Made by a program: the position numbers and the translations under genes. From Diplonema japonicum (Eukaryota; Protista; Euglenozoa: Diplonemea): DNA of 64,000 nucleotides. Location: contig OZ025680.1 of NCBI GenBank assembly GCA_964019335.1, forward strand, positions 1 to 64,000, written 5' to 3'. Shown in pieces: positions 8,213-17,808 of the stretch. Position 1 is the first letter of the stretch, and every line of letters starts with the position of its first letter. Under the pieces are notes generated by a model. The model did no database searches. It worked only from the letters and a program-made list of their open reading frames with translations, and was not told the origin of the DNA.

Positions 8213-10332
8213 CTTTGGCGATGTGTGCTCTTCCCTGTTGCACACTTCTGATGTTGTTGTTTTTGTTGATGTTGTTGTAGAAGTTGTTGAGTTGCGCCTA
8301 GCTGTTGCACCATAGGCGCCATTGCCTGCGCGATCAACCTTTGTACCACATCGGTAGCTCCAAGCGGGTCTTGGGTGGGCGGGGTCGGTTCTGGTTTCTT
8401 GGTAGCGGTAACCTGCTGTACGGCCTGCTGCAGTTGCTGGATCTGTTGGACGATGGGTTTCAGTGCCTCTGCGATGATGCCGTTCACCATGTCCGCCCAG
8501 TTCGGTGGTGTAGGCTGCGGGGACGACAACGAAGGTTGTTGGGGTTTCCAGGCGCTCGTCGTGCCACCTTGGAACGTCACAGTCCCGCCGATCCCTACAC
8601 CTTCCTTCTTCGCCTTCGGGTTTTTCGCCTTTGGGTTTTTCGCCTTCGGGTCTCTCGCATTCGGGTTCTTCGCCTTCGCCCCAGCCGTCTTTTTCGGTCT
8701 TTGGTTTACCACAGTCTTCGATGTCACGTCGCCCTTCTCCGCGTCGGTCTCCTCCATCTTGGCGTCCACTCGGCGCTCGTTCTTCTTCCTTAGCAGTCCG
8801 ATCCCACCGAACAGCGGCACCTCGAACCCGGGTGGCTCCTTCTGTGCTAGCAGCATCCACCTTTTGGTCGACCCTCTTAGGGATGACCGAGTCACCTCGA
8901 CCGTCCACCCCCATGCAGCCAACATCATCTTGAGCTCTGTTGGTCTCATGTCGCGTGGCACCTTCTCCAGATACCAAGCCTCCGTCTGCGGTGTCGCTAG
9001 ACCCTTGGCTTCGAGGTTCTTCCGGAGTTCGTTCTCCGCTGTACCCGGCGCCACACGAATACCAACCCGCTGTCGCTGGTCCACCGCAACCCCAGCGTAT
9101 TGCTGGTACTTCTGTGCCACCGAGACGGCCATCTCGAGTGTCATACCCTTCTTCAGCCACACCACGCTGTCAGAGGTCTCATCCATCGGCAGCCTTGCGG
9201 TGATCCCGTCCTTGCCACTCCTACCTAGTAGCTCCGGTGCTCTGTTGGATGCCACACAGACCGTGGTCTTCGCGCACTCCGGGTATACCCTCGGCCTGGA
9301 GAGGTCGAAGTCCTTACCTCCAACCCAGGTGGTGAACATTTTGTTGGCCTCATCCAACGAGGACTTCTTGTGTAGCGTGAGATGCACCAGCGTCGTGCAC
9401 TTCTTCTTGATGGTTTCCGCCTGTCTTGCCATGGGGGCGAGATCGGACCAACCCATATGTGACATCCAAACTGTCAGTGATGTCGTGCCGGAGCGGTCTG
9501 GAAGGTCAAACGCGACTTGTTGCTTCTTGCCAGGGATCGCTGGTAGCGGTTGGCGGGAGATGAGAGTGAGGTGCTCCGGTTTGTGGTGCGACAGGTGCCA
9601 TTCGCACGCTGCCATGTCTTCCTGCTCGACTAGCATGACACCACAGCAGTTTTCCGTCACACCGATGATGTCTGTAATGATCGGGAATGTCCAATCCAAT
9701 TCGCGCAGCTTCAAGTTCGCAAATGTTTTCGGTGGGAGGGGTTCCTTCCCGGCGATCATCTCCGGGAGGGATGCGGTCTCCGGCCGTACCAGGACTGGGT
9801 TGGTCGTCAACAGGCCGTCCGGGCCGTCCGCGTCTTCCTTCTTCAGGGCGTAGTATTCACCCCCGATCTCAGCCAGCCAGCCGACTGGCACCCCCTGCGC
9901 GTGGCCAATCATCTGTGTAGTGATGACCTCCCCGTCCGTCTTGACGAGCCCAATGGGCGCGCCAATGCGCTCCGCGTAAGCGAGGATGGCGACTTCGTCG
10001 CCCCTTGCATTCCACTTCCTCAGGCTCGCGACGTAGTCGTCGAGCCTGACGGCAAGGAACCTCGCGTACAGCTCCTTGTTCGACTCCATCACCGACGCAA
10101 CCAACTCGCGGATCGTCGCTTCGGCGCTTACCTCTCCGTGTCTGATAAAGGAGAGACAGCGAAATAGTTGTCCTCCTTGGTTACCGCATGAACGCAGGCG
10201 GAAACCGTAGCTCCTCACCTGCCCGTCGTACCACTTACGCACCTGATGTGCCCACCCCTTCTCGCTCGTCTCTTCGCGGCCGAAGCCCCCGGGCGGCGCC
10301 TCCGAGGAGGCGGACGAGCCGGGTTTTGTCAT
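8209..10332 (-). CDS. LINE ORF1 (707 aa): N-terminal degenerate OTU-like domain, possible RRM-like region, KAKNP repeats and a Gln-rich coiled-coil C-terminus
   Basis: The ATG lies about 33 nt after the SL. GFRLRSCGNQGGQLFRCLS...YVASLRK..ARGDEVAILAYA...GGEYYAL follows the OTU pattern. Confidence 0.85.
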   Translation of the reverse strand: MTKPGSSASSEAPPGGFGREETSEKGWAHQVRKWYDGQVRSYGFRLRSCGNQGGQLFRCLSFIRHGEVSAEATIRELVASVMESNKELYARFLAVRLDDYVASLRKWNARGDEVAILAYAERIGAPIGLVKTDGEVITTQMIGHAQGVPVGWLAEIGGEYYALKKEDADGPDGLLTTNPVLVRPETASLPEMIAGKEPLPPKTFANLKLRELDWTFPIITDIIGVTENCCGVMLVEQEDMAACEWHLSHHKPEHLTLISRQPLPAIPGKKQQVAFDLPDRSGTTSLTVWMSHMGWSDLAPMARQAETIKKKCTTLVHLTLHKKSSLDEANKMFTTWVGGKDFDLSRPRVYPECAKTTVCVASNRAPELLGRSGKDGITARLPMDETSDSVVWLKKGMTLEMAVSVAQKYQQYAGVAVDQRQRVGIRVAPGTAENELRKNLEAKGLATPQTEAWYLEKVPRDMRPTELKMMLAAWGWTVEVTRSSLRGSTKRWMLLAQKEPPGFEVPLFGGIGLLRKKNERRVDAKMEETDAEKGDVTSKTVVNQRPKKTAGAKAKNPNARDPKAKNPKAKNPKAKKEGVGIGGTVTFQGGTTSAWKPQQPSLSSPQPTPPNWADMVNGIIAEALKPIVQQIQQLQQAVQQVTATKKPEPTPPTQDPLGATDVVQRLIAQAMAPMVQQLGATQQLLQQHQQKQQHQKCATGKSTHRQR

Positions 10333-10365
10333 TTTGAATGATTTGATAGTTTACCCAGTAACCCC

Positions 10366-10402
10366 CAATAAAGTACAGAAACTGTAGCTTTAGAATCGTT
10401 GG
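10366..10402 (-). other. Genomic copy of the spliced-leader exon, CCAACGATTCTAAAGCTACAGTTTCTGTACTTTATTG (37 nt)
   Basis: Contains the conserved euglenozoan SL 3' half (AGTTTCTGTACTTTATTG) with a diplonemid-like 5' half. It is followed by GGGG, not by an SL-RNA GT intron. Confidence 0.93.
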
Positions 10403-10449
10403 AAAAAAAAAAGAAGAAGAAAAAACAACAAAAGAATTTATAAAAAATA

Positions 10450-11070
10450 TATATATGAGTTAAAGGAAGTCTTTGTGAGACACCCCCTTGTTCTCATCCT
10501 CTACCTGCACCTGTCCTCTTTCAGCAGCGGTTTCTCTTCCTTTGGTGGTCTTGCCGGCCTTCTCCCTAGCCTGGCCGCTTTTTCTCTTCGTTCTCTTGCA
10601 CATTGTCCTTTCAACGCCTCTTGGTCATGCTTGGTCTTCGGTGATGTAAATATCGCCCTCCTGTTCCATCCGATCACCGCCTTTGTCCTCCCGATGGATC
10701 GTAGTGTGTGCACCCTTGTGCTCGACTCAGCTGGGAAGGCCCTCCTTCCTTTCACCTTCTTCAGTACCCTAGCTCCCATGTGTGCCAGATCTTCGTCATC
10801 AATCCATGCAATCCCTCGCTTTCTGCTGTACTTCTGCGAGATCCCCCAGCTTCCCTCCCAGGGTCTTCCCAGTCACGTTCCGAAATTCAGTGCCAGCTCC
10901 ACCGTCGACACTGACGTGTTCCTGCTGCCTGCATACCAGCGCAGTTGCCGCATCCACCTCAGCACCTCCTTCGTGTACTCCCATAGGACATGCCGGTAGC
11001 TTGCCGAAGTCCTTGTCCGACGGTTCTGGGTGTTCTTGGCCTTGCGTGATCTCCAGCCACTGGTGTAAAA
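10450..11070 (-). mobile_element. 5'-truncated, degenerate 3' end of a related LINE
   Basis: Broken frames read EVLRWMRQLRW...VSTVELALNF and HTLRSIGRTKAVIGWNRRAIFTSP. These match ORF2 C-terminal EVLKWLRMLQW...VSRIELALDF and SLRSIGANKRIRGYTCRPTFAS. Confidence 0.82.
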
Positions 11071-11227
11071 AGAAAAAGAAGAAGAGTGAGAACATTCTCC
11101 CGTTATGAAAGATTGAGATGGTCCTTATGGAGCTGTTGTAGTAAAGCAAGACTCTAAAAAACTCTATTTTTAAAAATTCTATTTTTCTTCCTTTTCGTTT
11201 CGCACTTTGTTTTCTGGTTTTCATTCT

Positions 11228-12466
11228 TTACTCGGTTATTTTTATTCTTCCTGGCATTCGATTCTTTAAGAGCTTAAAAAGGGAAACACTGCATTTACTC
11301 AAGTCGATTGTCGTAATTGCTGTTGCCTCCAAAAAGGAATGGTCAATGTAAGTAATATTGATCATCGGACTAAAGTCGATAGCCTCCAGCTTGCTGCACT
11401 CTCTGAGGAAGCATTGCCCAATCTTAGAAACATTGGTGAGCCCACTAAAATCCACGGTTCTAAGATTCGTGCAACTGCACAAGAAGTAATGCCCAATCGA
11501 AGGTAAATTAGTCATTGCACTCAAGTCAACAGTTTCTAGCTTTCTGCACCCGTTCAGAAAGTGCCCACCAATTTCAGAAGAAACATTACCCATGCCGCTC
11601 AAGTCGACAGTTGGCAGTTCGAAGCAATTAAACAAAAACTCACGACCAATATCAGAAACATTTGTCGTACTCCATTCCAAGGCCCTAAGACTCGTACACT
11701 CCCCCATGAAACAACAGCCGATGGTAGAAACCTTGGTCATCGCTGATAGATCGACGGCTTCTAGCTTTTTGCAACCTCTCAAGAAGTTCACACCAATGGA
11801 GGAAACACTGGTGAGGGAACGCAAATCGACGGCCTCCAGTTTTTCGCATCCACTCAAAAAGGAACGGCCAATGGATGTAACCTTGGACATTCTCAAGCAA
11901 ACGGTTTCTAGTTTTTCGCATTTGTAAAAGAAAGACTCACCAATGTAAGAAACATTGGGGAGGTTGATGTGGACAGAGGTCAGGTTGCTGCAATCCAGAT
12001 TAAACCTTGTGACACGGCCAGTGGAATCGGTGACAACAAGGTGCCGTAGCCCAGCTGGAAGGTCTTTTTTCACCATGTGCAAAGAGTCGTCGGGCGAATC
12101 CCCCACATCCACCTCCAGAACCTGCTCTGGGTCAGCTGCCACAAGCTTCTTTAGCTCAAACACTACTTTTCTTCTTGACCTCAGTACCTTCAGCATCATA
12201 GTTATTATCTTTTTCGCTTCGACATGAATCTCGCAGCCTTCCACGAGGCCGATCTCTTGAACCTCTGCGTCCCCGTTCCTGTCTAGGACCTCTCCCTCCC
12301 ATATCAAATTGAACCTCCCTTCATGTAAACCAGCAGCACACCCCGCCTTCTTGTACAGGTTCCCCACCGTCTCCTTCCCCGACACTTCCACATCGTGAAC
12401 CCCACCTCCCGTCTTCACGAACACTGTCATCTCGTTCATCTTTTCATCAGATCTTTTTCTCTTCAT
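11228..12466 (-). CDS. Ubiquitin-like domain plus BspA-type leucine-rich repeat protein (intronless)
   Basis: MTVFVKT...VEVSGKETVGNL...LIWEGEVLD resembles a ubiquitin-like domain. It is followed by about 9 repeats of the type IGxxFLxxCxxLxxVDLSxMxxV. Confidence 0.85.
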   Translation of the reverse strand: MKRKRSDEKMNEMTVFVKTGGGVHDVEVSGKETVGNLYKKAGCAAGLHEGRFNLIWEGEVLDRNGDAEVQEIGLVEGCEIHVEAKKIITMMLKVLRSRRKVVFELKKLVAADPEQVLEVDVGDSPDDSLHMVKKDLPAGLRHLVVTDSTGRVTRFNLDCSNLTSVHINLPNVSYIGESFFYKCEKLETVCLRMSKVTSIGRSFLSGCEKLEAVDLRSLTSVSSIGVNFLRGCKKLEAVDLSAMTKVSTIGCCFMGECTSLRALEWSTTNVSDIGREFLFNCFELPTVDLSGMGNVSSEIGGHFLNGCRKLETVDLSAMTNLPSIGHYFLCSCTNLRTVDFSGLTNVSKIGQCFLRECSKLEAIDFSPMINITYIDHSFLEATAITTIDLSKCSVSLFKLLKNRMPGRIKITE

Positions 12467-12781
12467 CTTTTGCTCCTTTTGTGTTTCTGATGGAAAATTA
12501 TAAAGGGGGGGTAGGGGGCGCAAGAAAAAATAACTGTCAATCTGCAGGCCCCCCTGCATGGCTTTCCTGCCTCGTTCGACAGTGTAATCTCTTTTTGTGT
12601 TTCTGTTCTGTTTCGTCCCGCGAAGCTGTCATATCACGAACGGGGAAATACAAATGAAAGTGACGAGGTACTATCATCGACAACCACACTGACACAAGCA
12701 ATGGGAACAGCCATCCGAAAAAATGCAACGCTAAAGGCATGCTCTTGTCACCACAGCTTACGAGGAAATGTACGTGAAGCT

Positions 12782-13026
12782 TAGCTCTCCTCGTCACCCG
12801 CGGTGAGCCCTATCCGTTTATTTTCTTTTTTGACCGGTGAGAGTGCAATCGGCTTGTGGTTTTCTCATTCACCCCTTGCTTTTGGGGCAATCTATTTTAT
12901 TGATTGTTCTTGCTTTTTGCAAGTCTTCAAGGAGCTGTTTGACCCCATCATCGACGGCGGATATGGTGCCGACGCCAAGCAGCCCACAGACCTTGACCTC
13001 GCTAAGTGAGCGAGACCGACATGGAC
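12782..13026. pseudogene. Fragment of the phosphagen kinase gene (46945-48339), split by a local inversion
   Basis: 12782-12810 is identical to 47882-47910. 12921-13026 is close to the reverse complement of 47764-47879, with a 9-nt deletion and a 1-nt deletion. Confidence 0.9.
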
Positions 13027-13275
13027 GGAGAGTGCACCTCCACCAACCAACAAAGAACTCCAAAAGCACCTCACTGGTGTTATTATCCGTCCCGGCTTCA
13101 CAGGTAGCCCTTCACAATAATGTGTGCACAATCATATTCCCGTCCTTCAATGTGAAACTGCTGTCATTGTGCCTTGCGTGTTCTACGATTGGCTGTAAAA
13201 GGTGAACACAAGGTGAGGCGACTAAAAATACAAAGCAAATAAACAATGTGGCTAGGGACCCATCCTTCTCACAAC

Positions 13276-16200
13276 TTAACTTTGGACCAGATCCTGCTTA
13301 ATGCCATTCGCAAGAGCCTCCAGACTGTTTTCGCCCTGAAATAATATGTTAAGAAAAAAAAAATAACTCTGCATACCTTTGCTCCTGGGCGTTTTATGGT
13401 CTTGTTTGCTTTTTCTGCTCTCTTCATCTCTTTGAGGATCGAAGAGGCCTCGGCTTGAAACTTTTCCAAAAAGGGACATAAGTTACAGAAGAACTCGTCA
13501 GGATCTGGGGTCTTGTTCGGGGTCTTCTTGGCAGCCCAGTAAGTCAACACTTTAAGAAAAGAATCTTTTGCTGCTTCAAACTTTACTTCAACTTCTTTCT
13601 GGTCAGCTTCTGCCTGTTTGAAAAAGGCACCCATCCTGGGTATGAAAGGGTCTTCTTCTTCTGAAACACCCGCAGCAGCAAGCTGTAGGTTGTGGTGGTG
13701 TCTCCATAACATACCTCGCTTGCAACAGATTTCGTGTTTCGGGAGAAAGATTTAATGGCGTTTGTTACGTTTTTAAGACCGTCTTCAAGATCACTGTTCT
13801 TGATGCCTTGTGCGCCGTTCAAACAAGGTGCCAGCTCCTCAGGGAGCTTTAGTGCCTCGATGTTTTTGTCTTTTACCTGATGCACTACGTACTGCAGCAA
13901 ATTGATCTTCCCTGTCGTGTCTTTTGTCATCTCAAGCTTCGAGAGCGTGGCCACAGCGAAACCAGGAGCGTTTCCTCTGACGTTGCTGTCGTGGTTCATG
14001 TAGTTCCCAAACCCTAATATTAAGCCCATCACAAACGGAAGGTGCTTGGAGTTCAGGATGCTGTCGCATGCCTTCTGTATCTTCTCTATAGGGCGCAAAG
14101 CAGTCTGCACAACCTCAGTCCAGTCAAAGGTCAGCATCCATGCCTTGCAGCGCTTTGTGAACGCGATGCTTGTAATGACCATCTGGTAGAACAGCTCAGG
14201 GGGCTCATATTCGTCTTGCGGTTTCTTGTCCATGTTCTCCTTGAACTCTGCCTCGTCCTCCTCGTTTGGTACCTGTGACACCAGCGCATCCAGCTTGTCT
14301 CTATCGAGCACGCTGTTGTCAAGCTGCTGCACTGCCCGCTGGATTTCAGGTATCGTGGGCATCTGTTATGTGTGATACATTGCAATTAAAAACAAAGCAT
14401 ACCTTGTGCATCATAATCGATATGTTCTGAAACTTTTTCCCCTCAATAAGTGTAATAACCTCTTTTTTTGGTGCGGTGTTGCTTTTTTGTGTTTTCTCCT
14501 TTTGCGAAAACATGTCCTCAAACTCTTCTTGATTGAAGCTGTAAGCAAAAGCATGACTACTAAAGAAACACATACGAGCAATCCAGAGAACCACCGAGAT
14601 CTTTGTGCACTTTGTGCCACATGGATGTCAACCCCTCATACAGAGCGTACTTTTCCCAGTGCATGACTCTCATCTTCTTCTTAGGAACTTCGCCCTGAAA
14701 AGTTATTGTTAAGTTCTAAAGCTTATACCATGAAATAGTTTAGCTTCAGCTCTTTGGGGCCACGCATTTTTGGTCCTTTCTGTTGTCCTGGAGGCCTAGG
14801 AATGGATTTTCCACCCGGCCCTGAGGGCGGAGGAGGTGCCTTAGGGCGTGCCACTGTTGGTGCACTAGGAATACCAGGTGCAGCGGGTGCTGCGGGTGCT
14901 CCAGGTGCAGCGGGTGCTCCAGGTGCTGCTGGGGAAGCACCTGGTGGTGCTGGCAAGGTGCCAGTGGTTCCAGAACTCGCGTGGGCGTCAACAGCACCTG
15001 CAAGACCAGGCTGGGAGTCAATGCCTGCAGCCACCTCAAATTCGTCGTCCTCCGGAGGTGGCATGTCATCTGGTGGTTCAGTGTCATCAGTGTCAGTGTC
15101 CGTGTCTGGTGGACCTTCAGTTTCAGTGTCCGTATCCGTATCCGATACGGGCCTCACAATGTTAATTCTCCTCCTCCTGTCTGGCTCGGAATCGGTGTCG
15201 CTCTGCGTTGTATATCAAGAGCAACAAGAACATACGTCAGTGTCATCGAAATTACCAAAAATCCCACCACTGTTGTCGCTAAACTTCTTCCACGACACCT
15301 CCTTCCCGACGGCATCCTTCACAGCTTGCATCATGTCAGCTTTGAACTCGTCTGTTGCAGCAAAATCTTTGAAGATCTTTTGAGAGTATGCACCCATATC
15401 CGCGTCCCACTTCTGCGGCTGGATAGTGGACGACGTAACTTTTGAGACATCTTCTTCAGAAAGAAAGTTCCTGATAAAGGGTTGCTTCTTTTCCTGAAGA
15501 CATACCTCAGCTCTTCAAATGCAATGCGTGCTCTTTCCATCTCACTGTCGACCAACTGTGCTTTTGGTTGCAGGCTTTGAAGCCTCTGGAGTGCAATGAG
15601 TGACTCTTGCTGCTTTCTTTGCAGCTCTGCAGCACGCTGTTGATATTGTTCCGCAGCGTACCAACCCAATGGTATCACATGCCCTGTCAGCTTCTGGAAA
15701 ACTGTGAGCTGAGCCTTGATGTCTTTGTCTTCGATATCATTGAGGGGGCACATGGCACGCATCATGCCGCACTTCTTCCACAGAGAAACAAGCTCGTTGG
15801 CCACGTCACGGTCGATCTCCTTGAATTTCGTAATCAAGATATTGAGAAAGGCCAAAACGTTAGTGATGACGTTCAAGTCAGCAGCGTCCAGCAAGGGCAC
15901 CAGGGCGGCGTAGGGCAATTCGCCCTTCACGACTTTCTTAGCTGCCGTGTGCACTAAGCCAGGGCCTTTGTTTGTTGCCCCAATGGTGACGATCAGAATT
16001 TCAAGAACTTGCTTTGCTTTGTTGCTTCCGCCTTTTAGCATGTTGTAAACCCTCTCCACGAATACGTGCTCCTCCGTGAACTGGTCCATCGCGTTTTCAT
16101 AAATAAGAAGCGTTCTGATGAGTTTCAAGAGCTCTGCCTGCTGAGCCCCTGTCACAGAGTTCAAGCAACAAGACACTACGTCCAGCCCACCGTGCGTGAG

Positions 16201-16386
16201 GAACTCTTCCGAGAATTGCGGGCTATTCAAAGAAGTGTTTCCTAGCTTAAACAGAAAAGCAACGAAGCTCTTCTTGTCGGCATCTTTACGCAGTGCATTC
16301 GCTGCTTGCTTCGGCTCCTTCACCTCTGAAAGGAGTTTTACCGCCTGCTCCGCGCTGCCATCCCAATCGTGGCCTAAACCCGCCAT
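13276..16386 (-). CDS. Formin (N-terminal armadillo/GBD-FH3-like region, Pro-rich FH1, FH2), multi-exon
   Basis: FH2 motifs MRVMHWEK, LIEGKKFQNISI and LGFGNYMN...NAPGF..LSKL..TKD. An APGAP/PPPP tract is present. GT-AG introns were traced at 13336-13376, 13683-13714 and 14363-14402, among others. Confidence 0.9.
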
Positions 16387-16994
16387 TCCTGGGATAGTTA
16401 AACTTAGCTTTTAACGCTTAGAAAAATAGGAAAATCAACAAGAAAATGCTAAATAATATTGCGGAGCTAGTAGCACTACTTGGAGGCACGAACAGTCCGT
16501 ACTGCCAAGAAGGGTTCCCGCACAACACAAAGAAGGACCTATTGGTCGCGTTGTATCGAGAATAGAACTTACAAGCGAAAAGGTTGGTTCAAAGTAATCT
16601 TTCACTTGCGAGCAAAATGAAAGTTATTAATGACCAATGGCTTGCATGCTGCGTCGAAAAGAGGAAAAGGGGAAGTCAACTGAACAGATTAGAGGAGAGG
16701 CGAATGAAAGGGGAAGGAGGGAGGGAGGGAGAGAGGGGGTCAAATGCTGTCACAATTGTAATTGAATACAAGGCATACAAGGCGTTTTGCTCCGAGGGTC
16801 ACCTTTACATTGTTAACCTGTTAACCCCCCATTTTTTCTTTGCTGCCCAAATAATTAGTTAAAGATTCGAAAGAGTAGGGAAACCATCCAAATAAAATTG
16901 AATCCGAAAAACGCGCAAAAAATTAAAAAAAAAACTTTAAAAAAAATAGAAAAAAAGACCATTTGACCTCCTAAAGCATTGACCCCCCTTAACG

Positions 16995-17211
16995 CATAGA
17001 GTGCATACGATTCTTCTAGAATATTGGAATATTTGGTGGGGCCCAGATTGTTTGTCAATTATTGACATTTAAACAAGGTGGTAGCCGATACCATTGGCCA
17101 CCTTCCTAATGACTAGCATTGGGCTTGTAACAACTGCAATATTTGAATTTCAAGTTATCCTTCCTTTATACGAATTGGATATGTTCGACCCCGAACCCTA
17201 TGCACTCTATG
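16995..17211. mobile_element. Putative MITE with CATAGAGTGCATA terminal inverted repeats
   Basis: Perfect 14-bp inverted repeat at 16994-17007 and 17199-17212. The flanking 8-mers ccttaacg and cctcatgg match at 5 of 8 positions. Confidence 0.55.
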
Positions 17212-17526
17212 CCTCATGGTGAGGGTGAAGAAAAGGTGGAGAACTACCTAGCAGCCGCAGCCCTCGGTTGCTCTGGTTATCAAAGACATTTCTTTTTTTA
17301 TTACTCCCCTTCTACTTTTTCATCGTTCCCCCTTCCCCCCCTTGTTTCCCCTTTTTTAATTGCTGCCCTGCCTCTTCAAGATCAGGATGCATGTTTCTAT
17401 TCACCTGAGGTAAACCTCGGTATTTTAGATTTTAATGCTATCCATACTCCTAAAGAGCGGCAGGCATTTGACAAACGTTTGTTGGGTGACTTATGCTGCG
17501 CAGTATCTATCTTTATGTTACAATGT

Positions 17527-17808
17527 TTACAGAGGAACGGGTGTGGAGGGTGTAGAGTGAGACCTGTTACGGTGCTTCTGCTGGCTAATAGGGTCGTACA
17601 CCGAAGCAGTGCCCAGCATGAGGATATCATCGGGCAGCTCGTTTGGGTAAGACTGCATGTCCTTCTCCTTGGGTTCCAGAAGCGAGTCGAGGTACGTGTC
17701 CACTTGTGCATCAATCCCTGCGGCATCCCCTAGCGCTGCGAACAGTGAAGGCTCAGGCTCTTCCATCTTGTAAGGGTCATGAGTGTATCTTGGTGCTGGC
17801 TGCGGCAT
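17527..17808 (-). CDS. Small hypothetical protein (93 aa)
   Basis: ORF MPQPAPRYTHDPY... with coding-like composition, on the cluster strand. Confidence 0.5.
   Translation of the reverse strand: MPQPAPRYTHDPYKMEEPEPSLFAALGDAAGIDAQVDTYLDSLLEPKEKDMQSYPNELPDDILMLGTASVYDPISQQKHRNRSHSTPSTPVPL

Larger units (their letters stand above)
3782..10402 (-). mobile_element. Full-length two-ORF non-LTR retrotransposon (APE + RT), headed by an SL exon and flanked by A10/T10 putative target-site duplications
   Basis: Intact ORF1 and ORF2, SL at 10366-10402, a 3' UTR of about 55 nt, and A10 on the plus strand at both 3772-3781 and 10403-10412. Confidence 0.93.

Noticed and set aside
8213-9160. N-terminal 316 aa of the 1774-aa ORF as real ORF2 protein
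   Set aside because: It overlaps ORF1 in another frame and reads as low-complexity shadow sequence. The AUGA overlap gives a better start.
3930-9853. Long plus-strand ORFs (e.g. 5112-6050, 8375-9853) and similar antisense ORFs across the window
   Set aside because: They are antisense shadows of well-supported minus-strand CDSs and have no recognisable motifs.
10366-10402. Functional SL-RNA gene, or a SLACS/CRE-type insertion into one
   Set aside because: The exon is followed by GGGG rather than a GT donor, there is no tandem SL array or SL sequence at the element's other end, and the endonuclease is APE-type.
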